Shown: positions 7,967 through 17,728 of the stretch, one piece after another
Position numbering within the stretch: position 1 is the stretch's first letter
How the letters are laid out: every line of letters starts with the position of its first letter
Sequence record: ON287372.1
DNA: 64,000 bases
Strand: one strand, 5' to 3'
Notes under the pieces: model-generated
What the model was told of the DNA's origin: nothing
What the model saw: the letters and a program-made list of their open reading frames with translations, nothing else
Database searches by the model: none
Position numbers and translations under genes: made by a program

Positions 7967-9515
7967 AATTTATTACATCGACCCCTCTTCCCGCACTAAC
8001 GGAGATGGTACAATTAACAAACCGTTCAACTCACTGAATGAAATTGTTAAGCAACCCTACCCGTATACTGCGTTGATTAAACGGGGAACAGTAGAGAGAG
8101 TCTCTATCACTCTACCTAGTATGACCGGACAAGTAGAGCGGACAACAATCGGCTCTTATGGTTCTGGTATTCGTCCGGTTCTTTTACCTAAGAGCGCAGG
8201 TAGTCCAATAATTACCTCAACACTAGTTAAACACCTGCTGATTACTGATATCGATTTGACGATCGATCTTTTCTCCTACACCTCAGAGAATGCGATCTTC
8301 CTTCGGGCAGACAGTGAAGGTGTTGGTAACAATGTTGCTGACGTAGGTATCACCAACGTCGACGTTATTTATCAGACTACCGTCGTGACTAAGACAAAGG
8401 CATTCTTTATCGATGCCATTGGCGGTGCTAATTTGACGTACAGTAATGATGACTTGTACATCAAGAATTGTAACGTCTACGGCGGACATTGGGCGGCGCA
8501 GATCAACGGAGGTGGTGCTTATTACAGCATTAACGGAGGCGATACCTATCGCGCTAAACGGATGTTAATCGATAACTGTTCCCACATCGATGGTGTTGGT
8601 GACTCATGGATGGCAATGCGTGCTAATGGTGAAGGTAAAGCTTGTATCACGAACTGTTATTCTAAGTCATCTGCTTACCGGACTGATACAAGCATCTATA
8701 CCGCGGCCATCTGGATGTATGGGTGCGAGAATACTGGTATAGAGTACTGCGAAGTTGCAGGGACACTACCTAACCGTTACGACAAGATGGGATTCGATAT
8801 CGACGGTAACAATAAAGATGTCTGGGTTCGTTACTGTTACAGCCACAACAACGCCGGCGGCTTCATCATGTTCGCCGACGCAGAAAGTAAAGGGAAGAAC
8901 TTCGCTTCATTAGCTGAGGCAGAACAATTCCTTATTACGGAGCAGCACGGTATTCAGAATTGCGTATTCGAATACTGTCTGTCCTACAATGATGGCGTTG
9001 CTCGTGGTGGATATGGCGGACGCTGGCCTAAGATAACGCTCGTAAGTAACCCGGTTAATTGCGCAGTTCGTAACTGTACGATCATCGATACGATCAGTAA
9101 GACCGATCTACACCTAGTCGAGCTGCTGGAGTACTACTACGAACCTATCTGGAAGAAATACCCGATGGTGATGGAGAACAACGTGTTCTACTTCAAGTAT
9201 CCTCGATACCGTGAAGGTAGCGGTCCTCCTGGGGAAATTGGTTATGGCAACTTCAAGAACATCATCTGGCGTAACAACATCTTCTGGACAGAGACAGGGG
9301 ATCCACGCGATTGGAACCCTCGGTCAGGTACGGTAGTTAACTCTATCTTTACCGATCCTAAATTGTCTTACTTAACGGATGTTCCTCCGAGTGGCCTGGA
9401 AGCTGCTAAGTTGATTAAGTTGTTGACAGGCTCTGCTGCACTCAATAGCGGTACTACCAACTCATTACCGGACATCCTTGGTAATCGTGGTAACAACATC
9501 GGCTGGTTGCAGTAA
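7959..9515 (+). CDS. Right-handed beta-helix (pectin-lyase-like) protein, candidate polysaccharide depolymerase (518 aa)
   Basis: YYIDPSSRTNGDGTINKPFNSL start motif; Asn/Cys/Gly beta-helix repeats (IEYCEV, FDIDGNN, VRYCYSHNNAGG); D-ILG-N...NIG C-terminal motif. Confidence 0.75.
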   Translation: MPKIYYIDPSSRTNGDGTINKPFNSLNEIVKQPYPYTALIKRGTVERVSITLPSMTGQVERTTIGSYGSGIRPVLLPKSAGSPIITSTLVKHLLITDIDLTIDLFSYTSENAIFLRADSEGVGNNVADVGITNVDVIYQTTVVTKTKAFFIDAIGGANLTYSNDDLYIKNCNVYGGHWAAQINGGGAYYSINGGDTYRAKRMLIDNCSHIDGVGDSWMAMRANGEGKACITNCYSKSSAYRTDTSIYTAAIWMYGCENTGIEYCEVAGTLPNRYDKMGFDIDGNNKDVWVRYCYSHNNAGGFIMFADAESKGKNFASLAEAEQFLITEQHGIQNCVFEYCLSYNDGVARGGYGGRWPKITLVSNPVNCAVRNCTIIDTISKTDLHLVELLEYYYEPIWKKYPMVMENNVFYFKYPRYREGSGPPGEIGYGNFKNIIWRNNIFWTETGDPRDWNPRSGTVVNSIFTDPKLSYLTDVPPSGLEAAKLIKLLTGSAALNSGTTNSLPDILGNRGNNIGWLQ

Positions 9516-9523
9516 TAAACAAC

Positions 9524-9549
9524 GAGTAGAGCGGGTAACCGCTCTACTC
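9524..9549 (+). terminator. Hairpin (terminator-like) followed by TATG
   Basis: gagtagagcgg-gtaa-ccgctctactc, then tattatg. Confidence 0.65.
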
Positions 9550-9599
9550 TATTATGCAAGTTCCTATGAATTCCAGCTTAAACTTAATAAGGTTGTAAC

Positions 9600-11777
9600 A
9601 TGGATAACGGACAAAAGATTTCCCAGTTACCCAAGTCTTCTACGCCGCAAGAAAGGGATTACTTTCCATTCAATACGGCGAACCAGGGTAGTATCGTCGA
9701 GACTTCGGTTTTGACCCTAAATGATTTACGTCTTCAGATGGATTACCGTACTGCTTTCGCTTCTCTGGAAGACGGGGTTAACAGTACTCAAGTTGGGGAC
9801 AAGTTCTTCGTTTACGAGAACGCAAGTAAGTTCTTTGTCGTTGAATACACCCGCAATGATGCAGGTGCAGTACCGACTCTGAATGAGCAACAAGCTATCA
9901 AACGTCTGATGACCCGCGAAGGGTTGCAGTACGCAAAGACTCACCGTACCTTACCATCGATTAGTTCTCTCCGTTCTACGAAACCGACCTACGATAATGA
10001 AGTTGTTTCGGTAGACAGTTATCGTACAGGTAAAGGGATTGGCGGCGGTAAATTTGCTTTCATCAAATCCGACAAGACGTCTGTAGATGATGGCGGCGCT
10101 GTGATCGTTGGTAACGACGGAAGTCGCTGGAAGCGTGTATTTGACGATGCAGGTACAATTAACCCAATCTATTGGGGTGCCGTTCCAAATGACGACACAA
10201 TCGATTCTGCGCCTGCATTCACCAACATGTCGAAGTGGAGCGAAGGCGTACCTGTAGTTGATGCAACTACTCGTGCTGCCCTGGGTAACGTCAAGATGGT
10301 AACTGCTCCAGGTCGTTACTACATTAAGACCCCGATAACGCTCCAGTGTAAATCTATCGACTACGACTTCAGCGGATCTATCTTAGATTGCCAGCAGTTG
10401 ACACCAGGTACCGCATCTGCACCAAACATCGCTATCAAATGGATGAACATGCGTGGTTACCCAATGGGAACTATGTCTTGCTTGAACCTACGTGCGTATG
10501 GTCCTGGACTGGACAAGTTCGTTGACTTCATGCACATGGATGATGCGACGGCTTATTACTGGGCAAACAACTCCATGAGTTTCATCAATGGCGGTTGTGA
10601 TCGGTTCGGGACTGGCTTCACTTATAGTTCCAATACCTACTACGTTAAGTTCTATAACTTCCAGTTCAACTATAATGACATCTGCTACACTAACAATGCA
10701 GCAATGACTAACGCCGGGGAACAAGTTCATTTTGTATCTTGCTTCTTCACTCAGTCTAATGTCATGATAAACATGAACCGTGGTCATACCGTGTTCGATA
10801 ACTGCAGTTTCGACTATGCGTACAAAACCTACGTTAAGATCGACTCTGGCTCTCCGAATCTTCGGTTCAATGATGGCTGGTTTGAAGGTGAGGGGCCGTA
10901 CACCAACGCCTTCATCTTTGGGGACACTGCATCAGCTAACGCTAAGTTCAGCGGGACTAACTTTATCTTCCGTGGTGCTAACACTAAAGCCTCGGCTAAC
11001 GTCTTCTACGTTGGCGACAGCAACCGTGTGGAGTTAGATGGGTGCTATCTGACCAACATGGGTGTTGAGTCTGATAATGCTGCTGTTACTGGTCTGGTAT
11101 CAGGTACGGGTATCTTCCGTATTAAGGACACTAAGTTCTTTAATAACATCCCAAACATGTCGAACATTATCCAACCAGATAACCCACTGGAAAACTATAT
11201 CCGACCAACTCTGTTCTCAGACAGTACTTTCTGGGCACATGAGCTTTGGATTCCTGAACCGGGCGGTACTGGTTGTGAAATTCGTAAGAGTCGTTTGGGT
11301 TGGGGTACCTCGACATCCACTAACTTCTCATTGCAGAAACTCAATGGCTACATTCAGATAGGTAGTAACACCGTACCTAAAGGCGGTAACTATAAACTCT
11401 GCATTGGCTCTCTGCCGTTGGTTGGAAATGGACCGGTAGTATTCAAGATTAAATGCGGGACTTACGCCGCTTCTCCTGGTCGTTGGAGATTCCAAATTGT
11501 CTATTGCGACGCAACCTTCTTTGGTGCCGATCAAGACAAATCTCCGATTATCCACAAAGAAGCTTTGGGTCCGTATTATGACTTACAGACCCGTGGAAAT
11601 GGTACTGCATTCCAAGAGTATTATGGCCCAACTCAGATCCCTGGGTTCTCTGGACAGAGTAAGTTTTTCGCTACTCCGCCACCATGGGCGACCCACGCTT
11701 ACCTCATGATTGACGTGACCAACCTGGCCATGAATATGGCTCATCGGATTACTGATATTTATATGAGGCAAATTTAA
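9600..11777 (+). CDS. Tailspike / capsule or EPS depolymerase (725 aa)
   Basis: Tailspike neck motif SISSLRST...VDSYRTGKGIGGGKF...DDGG...GSRWKR, then NPIYWGA-P-DD...DSAPAF and G-YYI beta-helix entry. Confidence 0.85.
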   Translation: MDNGQKISQLPKSSTPQERDYFPFNTANQGSIVETSVLTLNDLRLQMDYRTAFASLEDGVNSTQVGDKFFVYENASKFFVVEYTRNDAGAVPTLNEQQAIKRLMTREGLQYAKTHRTLPSISSLRSTKPTYDNEVVSVDSYRTGKGIGGGKFAFIKSDKTSVDDGGAVIVGNDGSRWKRVFDDAGTINPIYWGAVPNDDTIDSAPAFTNMSKWSEGVPVVDATTRAALGNVKMVTAPGRYYIKTPITLQCKSIDYDFSGSILDCQQLTPGTASAPNIAIKWMNMRGYPMGTMSCLNLRAYGPGLDKFVDFMHMDDATAYYWANNSMSFINGGCDRFGTGFTYSSNTYYVKFYNFQFNYNDICYTNNAAMTNAGEQVHFVSCFFTQSNVMINMNRGHTVFDNCSFDYAYKTYVKIDSGSPNLRFNDGWFEGEGPYTNAFIFGDTASANAKFSGTNFIFRGANTKASANVFYVGDSNRVELDGCYLTNMGVESDNAAVTGLVSGTGIFRIKDTKFFNNIPNMSNIIQPDNPLENYIRPTLFSDSTFWAHELWIPEPGGTGCEIRKSRLGWGTSTSTNFSLQKLNGYIQIGSNTVPKGGNYKLCIGSLPLVGNGPVVFKIKCGTYAASPGRWRFQIVYCDATFFGADQDKSPIIHKEALGPYYDLQTRGNGTAFQEYYGPTQIPGFSGQSKFFATPPPWATHAYLMIDVTNLAMNMAHRITDIYMRQI

Positions 11778-11783
11778 CAAATT

Positions 11784-11808
11784 GGCCGGGAAACCGGCCT
11801 ATTTTATT
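11784..11808 (+). terminator. Intrinsic terminator
   Basis: ggccgg-gaaa-ccggcc followed by tattttatt. Confidence 0.7.
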
Positions 11809-11833
11809 CGATCCCTAAGGACCAGAGACTACC

Positions 11834-13105
11834 ATGAAACACACGCGGAACATCATCCAGAACAAACGCGAAGAATTCTCGTGCCCTGCATTTGAATCAA
11901 TCGCAATCCCAGACTACGTAAACGACGCAGAGCTGGCGACTGAATTAGAAGAAACTCGCGTTGGTATCAGCGACCGCCTGGATGAGTCAGAGAGCCTGAC
12001 TGACCGCGCTGATCGCATGACCGACATGACCGAATTTGTCGAGCAGCAAGTTAACCCTGCTGAAAACACCCCAATCAACGAAGTAGCACTGATTGAACAA
12101 GTCACTGCTGCTAACCTGGACGGTACTGGTATCGATGTTGAAGAAGTGATGCCGTCTGTTGAATCCTACGTAGGCTCTACCGTTTCGGTAGAAGGCTTCA
12201 AGGACAAAATTAAGGCTCTAGTAGAAGCTGTCTCTGATCTGGTTGAATCGGCCAAAAAAGCCTTTACTGACTTTATGAAGGCAACCTTCACTCGCCTGGG
12301 CGCGCTGAAAAAACGCATTCAAGACATCGAAGGCAAACTGTCTTCTGCCGAATTCCCTGAAGTAGTGGACGTACCTAAAGGCCTGGCTAAACGTGCCCTG
12401 GTAGTAGGTAACGACACTATCGACAATCCCTCTGCCCTGTCCGCTGCACTGGAGTTATTCGTTAAGGATCTCCAGAGTAAAGGTATCGGCCTGTCTGAAA
12501 TGGTTGCCAACGACTACGATGATTTCGTAGAGATCGTTGTCCAAGCAGCTCGCAACTCCGGCCGCGGTAAAGACAAAGATCGCCTGCGTGCAGAACTGCG
12601 CACTAAGCTGACCAAACAGTTTAACACCTTCCAGAAAAAAGCAGCGGCCCTTTATAAAGGCAACGGCAAAGAGCTGGGTTCTTTCTACGTAGGTGCTAAC
12701 TTTGGTGAGCAAGCTGCTGATGAGAAAGATATCATTGGTCTGGCTCGTAAGACCGAAGTTGATATCGGCCCTGCTGCTAACGACCACAGCCGCCAAGTTC
12801 AGTTCAAAGGTTTGAACAAATCTTCTGCAACTGACATCCTGCGCAAGCTGAAAACTGTCTCTGGTAACCTGGCCACTTTCTCTAAGACCAATGCGATGGC
12901 TAACATCGACTGGGCTTCAGCAGAACTGTCCGGCGTGTTTACCTGGATCCTGGAAGGTGAAGATACCCGTTCCTTGTGGTCGCTGATCAACGCAGTGTCC
13001 CGCATGTACACTCGTCTGTACACCGGCCCGGTTTCTTCTTACACCACTCAGTTCTTCCGCGTAGCTAACGCTGAGCTGGACCTGATCGAGAAAGCAATCG
13101 GCTAA
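11834..13105 (+). CDS. phiKZ-like internal head (ejection) protein with cleavable propeptide (423 aa)
   Basis: Acidic N-terminal propeptide with A/S-X-E sites (AFE, ATE, SVESY, SVEGF) then KDKIKALVEAV helix, typical of phiKZ/SPN3US inner-head paralogues. Confidence 0.8.
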   Translation: MKHTRNIIQNKREEFSCPAFESIAIPDYVNDAELATELEETRVGISDRLDESESLTDRADRMTDMTEFVEQQVNPAENTPINEVALIEQVTAANLDGTGIDVEEVMPSVESYVGSTVSVEGFKDKIKALVEAVSDLVESAKKAFTDFMKATFTRLGALKKRIQDIEGKLSSAEFPEVVDVPKGLAKRALVVGNDTIDNPSALSAALELFVKDLQSKGIGLSEMVANDYDDFVEIVVQAARNSGRGKDKDRLRAELRTKLTKQFNTFQKKAAALYKGNGKELGSFYVGANFGEQAADEKDIIGLARKTEVDIGPAANDHSRQVQFKGLNKSSATDILRKLKTVSGNLATFSKTNAMANIDWASAELSGVFTWILEGEDTRSLWSLINAVSRMYTRLYTGPVSSYTTQFFRVANAELDLIEKAIG

Positions 13106-13118
13106 TCGCCAAAAGTGC

Positions 13119-13152
13119 AAAAAAAAAAGAAAGGACGAAAGTCCTTTCTTTT
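13119..13152. terminator. Bidirectional terminator between convergent genes
   Basis: A-run, aaagaaaggac-gaaa-gtcctttcttt, T-run. Confidence 0.8.
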
Positions 13153-13175
13153 GTGCCGTCCTTTCGGAGGCACAT

Positions 13176-13553
13176 CTATTGGTAAATAAATGGAGTGGCT
13201 AATGTTTGCTCTAATTCATAAAGACGTAGAGTAACCTCGCCAGGAGATTGCGTTATTTTCACTTCGGGTAAGTGCGAGTGAATACGTTTACAATACTCCT
13301 CAAAGGTCAGGCGAATGTTGTGGGAATCGTAAGATTCTTGGAAGATATCCGTTATATCCGAAAGCTGCCAAAACATGCTGCGTTTGATATTCTCCATATC
13401 TTTCCTGAAGCGAGCATCGATTCTTCTCATCGCAAACATATGCTTTGGAAGACTGACAAAGAGATAATGAAACCAGGCTTGTACCGCAGGGAAGGATTTA
13501 TAGAGCATAATCATTCCAACAATAGCGAGTAACAATTTAAAATTCTCAAACAT
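13176..13553 (-). CDS. Hypothetical protein with N-terminal TM (125 aa)
   Basis: ORF track. Confidence 0.7.
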   Translation of the reverse strand: MFENFKLLLAIVGMIMLYKSFPAVQAWFHYLFVSLPKHMFAMRRIDARFRKDMENIKRSMFWQLSDITDIFQESYDSHNIRLTFEEYCKRIHSHLPEVKITQSPGEVTLRLYELEQTLATPFIYQ

Positions 13554-13584
13554 GATTATCTACACCAGGGATGAAAAGATGGGT

Positions 13585-14019
13585 TTATTTAATACGGACG
13601 ATAGTACGGGCAAATTCCGTCTGAGACAGCCTATAAGCTGTTTTGATCTTACTCTTCAGCTTAGGGTGATATGTCTCATTGTATTTGAATACGGAAGGTT
13701 TGTGGAACACTACGATAGTAACGAGCGTATCTCGTACTAGCTTTTCCATTAACCCGACGTAATCGAAATCGGTTTCGCAAAGAGTCTTCAGAAACTCCCA
13801 GGGATGAATGATGACGAAGGTTCGTTTAGTTAACTTAGGTACGATCTCTTCCAAAGTCGAAATCAACTTAGGTGTCGATTGCGTACTCTTGATGACAACA
13901 TCCTCATCGAGAGAATAAGTCAGATCACTCATGTACTGTAACCCAACTTGTTTAACCTTGCAGCTAACAAACACAACCTCGGCAACAGGAGCCATTGATA
14001 ACGCGCTTTTGATTTTCAT
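13585..14019 (-). CDS. Hypothetical protein (144 aa)
   Basis: ORF track; abuts the upstream stop. Confidence 0.75.
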   Translation of the reverse strand: MKIKSALSMAPVAEVVFVSCKVKQVGLQYMSDLTYSLDEDVVIKSTQSTPKLISTLEEIVPKLTKRTFVIIHPWEFLKTLCETDFDYVGLMEKLVRDTLVTIVVFHKPSVFKYNETYHPKLKSKIKTAYRLSQTEFARTIVRIK

Positions 14020-14021
14020 CG

Positions 14022-14441
14022 CTATCCTTTATTAGGAGCAATCCAGTCGTTATGGTATTCACGTTCGAAATTATCTGCGCTTACCGCGAAGAAGCTATCG
14101 ACCATCTCATCGGTCAACGGATAGTTCTTGATGAGCTTCGGTGTATTGAAACAATCCATGTAGTCACGGCCGAAGTCTTTCAGAACGACTTTCTTGAACT
14201 TACGCCAATCGATCTTCAATAGACTAGATTCTTCGATGTAGTAATACTTCAGCAACAGACGCATCTCCATTGCTTTCATATCCAGTTCGCTATTACCGAA
14301 GCGACGGACTAAGTTGCACTTCTTATCAAGGTTCCATTTCTTGCTGAGCAACTTGATGATAGAAGAAAGGTCACGGCGAATTGGGCCGTAAGAAACACCG
14401 AGTAAACCAACGAGATGATCCAAACGTTCTGTACGATTCAT
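14022..14441 (-). CDS. Hypothetical protein (139 aa)
   Basis: ORF track; AGAG RBS. Confidence 0.8.
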   Translation of the reverse strand: MNRTERLDHLVGLLGVSYGPIRRDLSSIIKLLSKKWNLDKKCNLVRRFGNSELDMKAMEMRLLLKYYYIEESSLLKIDWRKFKKVVLKDFGRDYMDCFNTPKLIKNYPLTDEMVDSFFAVSADNFEREYHNDWIAPNKG

Positions 14442-14465
14442 GTTTAACTCTCTTTAAAAATGGAC

Positions 14466-14493
14466 AAAAAATAAAAGGAGCCGAAGCCCCTTT
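14466..14493 (-). terminator. Intrinsic terminator with UUCG loop
   Basis: Minus strand AAAGGGGC-UUCG-GCUCCUUU-UAUUUUUU. Confidence 0.75.
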
Positions 14494-14508
14494 ATTTATT
14501 AGTAACCC

Positions 14509-14865
14509 TTACTTGATGTAAGAGTTGCGAACAGTGACGATATGAGTACCGCCGTTAGGTACGTTACCGGTACCGTCGATGATATCGAAAGTGATTTCAT
14601 CGATTGGGTAACCTGACAACCAGCCGCGTTGGTTGGCGTTAGTGGCCGCTTTGATAATCGACTTGATGCGATTGATCAGCAGCGTCACGTTGCCGTTCTG
14701 GGCGACTTTGTTGGTGTATTTATCGGCATAAGAGATGCCGTTGATTTTCAGGCGAACTGGAGAACGGAAGACGATACGTACGCCTTCGAGTTCCATTACC
14801 TGAGCTTCCAGGTCGGACAGGCTGAAGGTGGTATTCTGTTTTACTGCGTTATTTGTATTGCTCAT
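14509..14865 (-). CDS. Hypothetical early protein (118 aa)
   Basis: ORF track 14509..14916; start trimmed to MSNTNN with AGGAG RBS; own promoter and terminator. Confidence 0.8.
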   Translation of the reverse strand: MSNTNNAVKQNTTFSLSDLEAQVMELEGVRIVFRSPVRLKINGISYADKYTNKVAQNGNVTLLINRIKSIIKAATNANQRGWLSGYPIDEITFDIIDGTGNVPNGGTHIVTVRNSYIK

Positions 14866-14939
14866 GTTTTTGTCTCCTTGACAAAAGTGGATTGGAATTA
14901 TTGATAACGAAAACATTTATTTGATTCGTTATCAATAGA

Positions 14940-14948
14940 GTGATATAG
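14940..14948 (-). promoter_or_regulatory. Putative early promoter CTATATCAC
   Basis: Motif match in intergenic region. Confidence 0.65.
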
Positions 14949-14957
14949 ATATGAGAT

Positions 14958-15263
14958 TTATTTCATTTGGTAACTTTTACGGTAAGTTTTATCAAGTTCC
15001 CCGCCGAACCCTTTCAGTACCAGATCCTCACTGAAGAAGCCAGTGCCCCAGAGGATAGGTTTACCCATAGTACGAGCTTTAGTTAACTCATCCCAGAGTT
15101 TACGTCCGTCATCACTACTCCCTACGATGTTACGGAACTTACCATCGTTGGACAAAAGGAACATACCGTTATCGGAGAATCCACCATGAGTAACGGTTTC
15201 CCCGAATGATTCTTCCATATCGGAAGCTGCTACGATTGCAGTTGGAAGTGACATCATGACCAT
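14958..15263 (-). CDS. Hypothetical protein (101 aa)
   Basis: ORF track; GGAGAG RBS. Confidence 0.75.
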   Translation of the reverse strand: MVMMSLPTAIVAASDMEESFGETVTHGGFSDNGMFLLSNDGKFRNIVGSSDDGRKLWDELTKARTMGKPILWGTGFFSEDLVLKGFGGELDKTYRKSYQMK

Positions 15264-15279
15264 CTTAAAACTCTCCAGA

Positions 15280-15306
15280 AAATAGGCTAGGGGAAATCCC
15301 CTAGCC
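15280..15306 (-). terminator. Intrinsic terminator
   Basis: ggctagggg-aaat-cccctagcc with UAUUUU on minus. Confidence 0.75.
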
Positions 15307-15313
15307 GTTATGA

Positions 15314-15559
15314 TTACTCTTCGCCAGTGTGCTTCAACTTACGGCGAGTATCGGAGAAACGCTCACCGAATACTTTACCGTGATTAGCGCACATCCAGCA
15401 ACTACATGCTTTAGGCGTCGTTGCAACCTTACCGATAACAACTTTGTCACTAACGATACGATTACCATTGAACCAGTAACCAGCAACGCCATAGTGGCGA
15501 ACAGCTTGTTTCTTAAGTTCACGTTTGTAACGACGGAAAGCACGAGTACGATTTGCCAT
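15314..15559 (-). CDS. Small basic protein with C-S-C-W-M-C motif (81 aa)
   Basis: MANRTRAFRR...TPKACSCWMCANH...RRKLK; resembles a widespread uncharacterised family. Confidence 0.75.
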   Translation of the reverse strand: MANRTRAFRRYKRELKKQAVRHYGVAGYWFNGNRIVSDKVVIGKVATTPKACSCWMCANHGKVFGERFSDTRRKLKHTGEE

Positions 15560-15693
15560 TATTTTAAATCCCGAATTACCTTACGCCCTAGAAGACTATC
15601 TCCTAGGGCTAGGTAGTTTTTCGGAATGAGTATTCGCCCGCTGGCGAGAGAGACAGGTTGACATTATTAACTTACACCCCAACTTAAAAATCG

Positions 15694-16128
15694 TCAGTTA
15701 ACATAGAGTGAGTATGTTCGCGTCTGTAAACTAGTTTCGTTACGTCGGACGTAAACGAGCTTAGCCACATCGAACGTACCTCGGTTAATTTCATTGGCGA
15801 TGCATTCGCCCAAAACACGGAATCCAGAAGCCAGGCCAAGATCGCCATAGCCTACGATATCCGTGTCTACGCTGAGCGATGTAAAGGCTACATCCCCATC
15901 CTTTTTCGGGGCACGTCTTCTCTTCGCAGCAGCGACATAAATTACCGAAGTACGTAACATCCGATCGCCAAGCATGAGAACTTTAAATCCCCCGCCATCG
16001 TTGTAGATCACGGCGTTATTAAACCCTAACTTGGTATTGGTGCCGACGGTGATATTAGCTAACGAAGTTAAGGCGCGGTTAGCCTTGGTAAACTTACCGC
16101 GTCGACCTTTGTAGAAAGCAAATTTCAT
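15694..16128 (-). CDS. Hypothetical protein (144 aa)
   Basis: ORF track; coupled to the upstream gene. Confidence 0.7.
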   Translation of the reverse strand: MKFAFYKGRRGKFTKANRALTSLANITVGTNTKLGFNNAVIYNDGGGFKVLMLGDRMLRTSVIYVAAAKRRRAPKKDGDVAFTSLSVDTDIVGYGDLGLASGFRVLGECIANEINRGTFDVAKLVYVRRNETSLQTRTYSLYVN

Positions 16129-16475
16129 TTCGTCTTACCTCGATAGATCTCACCAGGACAACGATAGTCGAGGATTTCATCCATGGTGAGATTCAAATTG
16201 ACAGAGTCCATCCTTGGACTACGTGGAGTATATCGTAAGAGATCCGGGGTAGACTCATCAGCAGGAAATGCGAACGCAGGAAGCGGGAAGCAAATTGCAT
16301 TACCTGTACGAGCCGAGTACTCCGTCAACCGTATGAGTTTATGCATCCGGTCAGCATCAGAGAAAGGAATGTCGTACTTAGCCGCTATGTCCTCTAACAG
16401 ATATCCCTGATCCAGTTCATGAGCAAAGACTTCCATCGTGAGGTCTTTACTCGTGTATCGACTTTGGGTCATCAC
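16125..16475 (-). CDS. Hypothetical protein, possible N-terminal HTH (116 aa)
   Basis: GYLLEDIAAKYDIPFSDADRM resembles an HTH. Confidence 0.7.
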   Translation of the reverse strand: MMTQSRYTSKDLTMEVFAHELDQGYLLEDIAAKYDIPFSDADRMHKLIRLTEYSARTGNAICFPLPAFAFPADESTPDLLRYTPRSPRMDSVNLNLTMDEILDYRCPGEIYRGKTK

Positions 16476-16764
16476 GTTTTACCTTGAAGAGTGAGGAGAG
16501 ATGCTCTCCAGTGTTGATAGAGATAGGGCACTCAATAATCTGCTCGCCTTCCATCATTAGACGATTGATCTTATCTTGTTCCATGGGATCGAAGGAAAGC
16601 GTAATGGGGTTAATGCTCAGCTTGTGGGTACCGTCCAAATACTCCAACACCGATTTAATCGCCACCCCTACTTGGTCGTGAGATGAACTATTCCGCGCAT
16701 CTTCAGCAATCTGGTTAAGGTCGGCGATGAAACGTTCGCGTAACTCAGCCCCGTCGAAATACAT
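16447..16764 (-). CDS. Hypothetical protein (105 aa)
   Basis: ORF track 16447..16869; start trimmed to MYFDG with GGAG RBS. Confidence 0.7.
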   Translation of the reverse strand: MYFDGAELRERFIADLNQIAEDARNSSSHDQVGVAIKSVLEYLDGTHKLSINPITLSFDPMEQDKINRLMMEGEQIIECPISINTGEHLSSLFKVKRDDPKSIHE

Positions 16765-16933
16765 AATTGATACTCCGTTTGATGAGTGAGATTGTACCCG
16801 ATCCAAGAGAGCCGACGGCGCGCCAGGTGAGTACGCAGAATACGACGAAGGTGAAGAATACCATTGCAAATAGCAACCCTATTCCCCACATAAGGCCAGG
16901 GTAGTTACCCTGGTTGTTTTCATCAACGTCCAT
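16745..16933 (-). CDS. Small membrane protein (62 aa)
   Basis: ORF track; TM segment; start MDVDE. Confidence 0.55.
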   Translation of the reverse strand: MDVDENNQGNYPGLMWGIGLLFAMVFFTFVVFCVLTWRAVGSLGSGTISLIKRSINYVFRRG

Positions 16934-16934
16934 A

Positions 16935-17285
16935 CTACTCGTCCTTAGGGGCACTCTTCAGAAGTTCAGGATGTGCGTCCAGGTAATCATTGGCTGCTTT
17001 GAATGCTTCGCTGTTTGTTTTAGCGAACACACGCAGCATAAAGGTGCGATAATACTGAGTACTCCAAGTGTTCTTCTTCGGCTCTGGAGCAAACATCCGC
17101 ACGCTAAGCGCAACGATGATGTCGCCGTCTTCGAATTCCCCAACGTCAATATCTACATCGGAGCTATGGTAAGCGCGATTGACCATCTTACAATGAGCTA
17201 AAGACTTATCGTCCTTCATCGTAGAATAGCGAATGCTTACACCAGTAGCGCGCTTAACGACTTGCTGCTCGTAAGGCATCGACAT
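16935..17285 (-). CDS. Hypothetical protein (116 aa)
   Basis: ORF track; coupled. Confidence 0.75.
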   Translation of the reverse strand: MSMPYEQQVVKRATGVSIRYSTMKDDKSLAHCKMVNRAYHSSDVDIDVGEFEDGDIIVALSVRMFAPEPKKNTWSTQYYRTFMLRVFAKTNSEAFKAANDYLDAHPELLKSAPKDE

Positions 17286-17728
17286 TAGTTTAAACCACCT
17301 TTTTGATACTCGGAGATAAGCAGCTCTAGAATAGGACCTGGCTCTGGTTTCTTATCTAAGAAAATGGATTGGACATCGCGGAGTAATTCCCCGATAGAGG
17401 ATGCGTTTGGCATCTCATCATTGGGGAAATGTCCAAATTCAAAATTGTCCTCGCCCAACATTAGCGCATAATTCAATGCGCCCAGTTCATAAAGTGGCAT
17501 ATCGCGTAAGTCGGATTTTATTTCTCCGACAGTGCGATCGTTACGATAATCTGTGCTATAAATAGCACGGGCTATATTAGTAACCATGTTGGCTTTCAAT
17601 GCCATTACAGAACCGTGGTTACGTTGCAGTTGCCCGTTGATAAACCCAACTGTTGCACTAGCTAAGCCATAAGAGGACATCAGTTTACCGTAGATAGCTG
17701 GGAAATCATTTTGTAGTGAAGTAGTCAC
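17285..17728 (-). CDS. Hypothetical protein (147 aa)
   Basis: ORF track; coupled. Confidence 0.75.
   Translation of the reverse strand: MTTSLQNDFPAIYGKLMSSYGLASATVGFINGQLQRNHGSVMALKANMVTNIARAIYSTDYRNDRTVGEIKSDLRDMPLYELGALNYALMLGEDNFEFGHFPNDEMPNASSIGELLRDVQSIFLDKKPEPGPILELLISEYQKGGLN

Noticed and set aside
13106-13175. Hammerhead-like GGACGAAA segment
   Set aside because: No CUGANGA core in register; explained as a GAAA-loop bidirectional terminator plus a second small hairpin.
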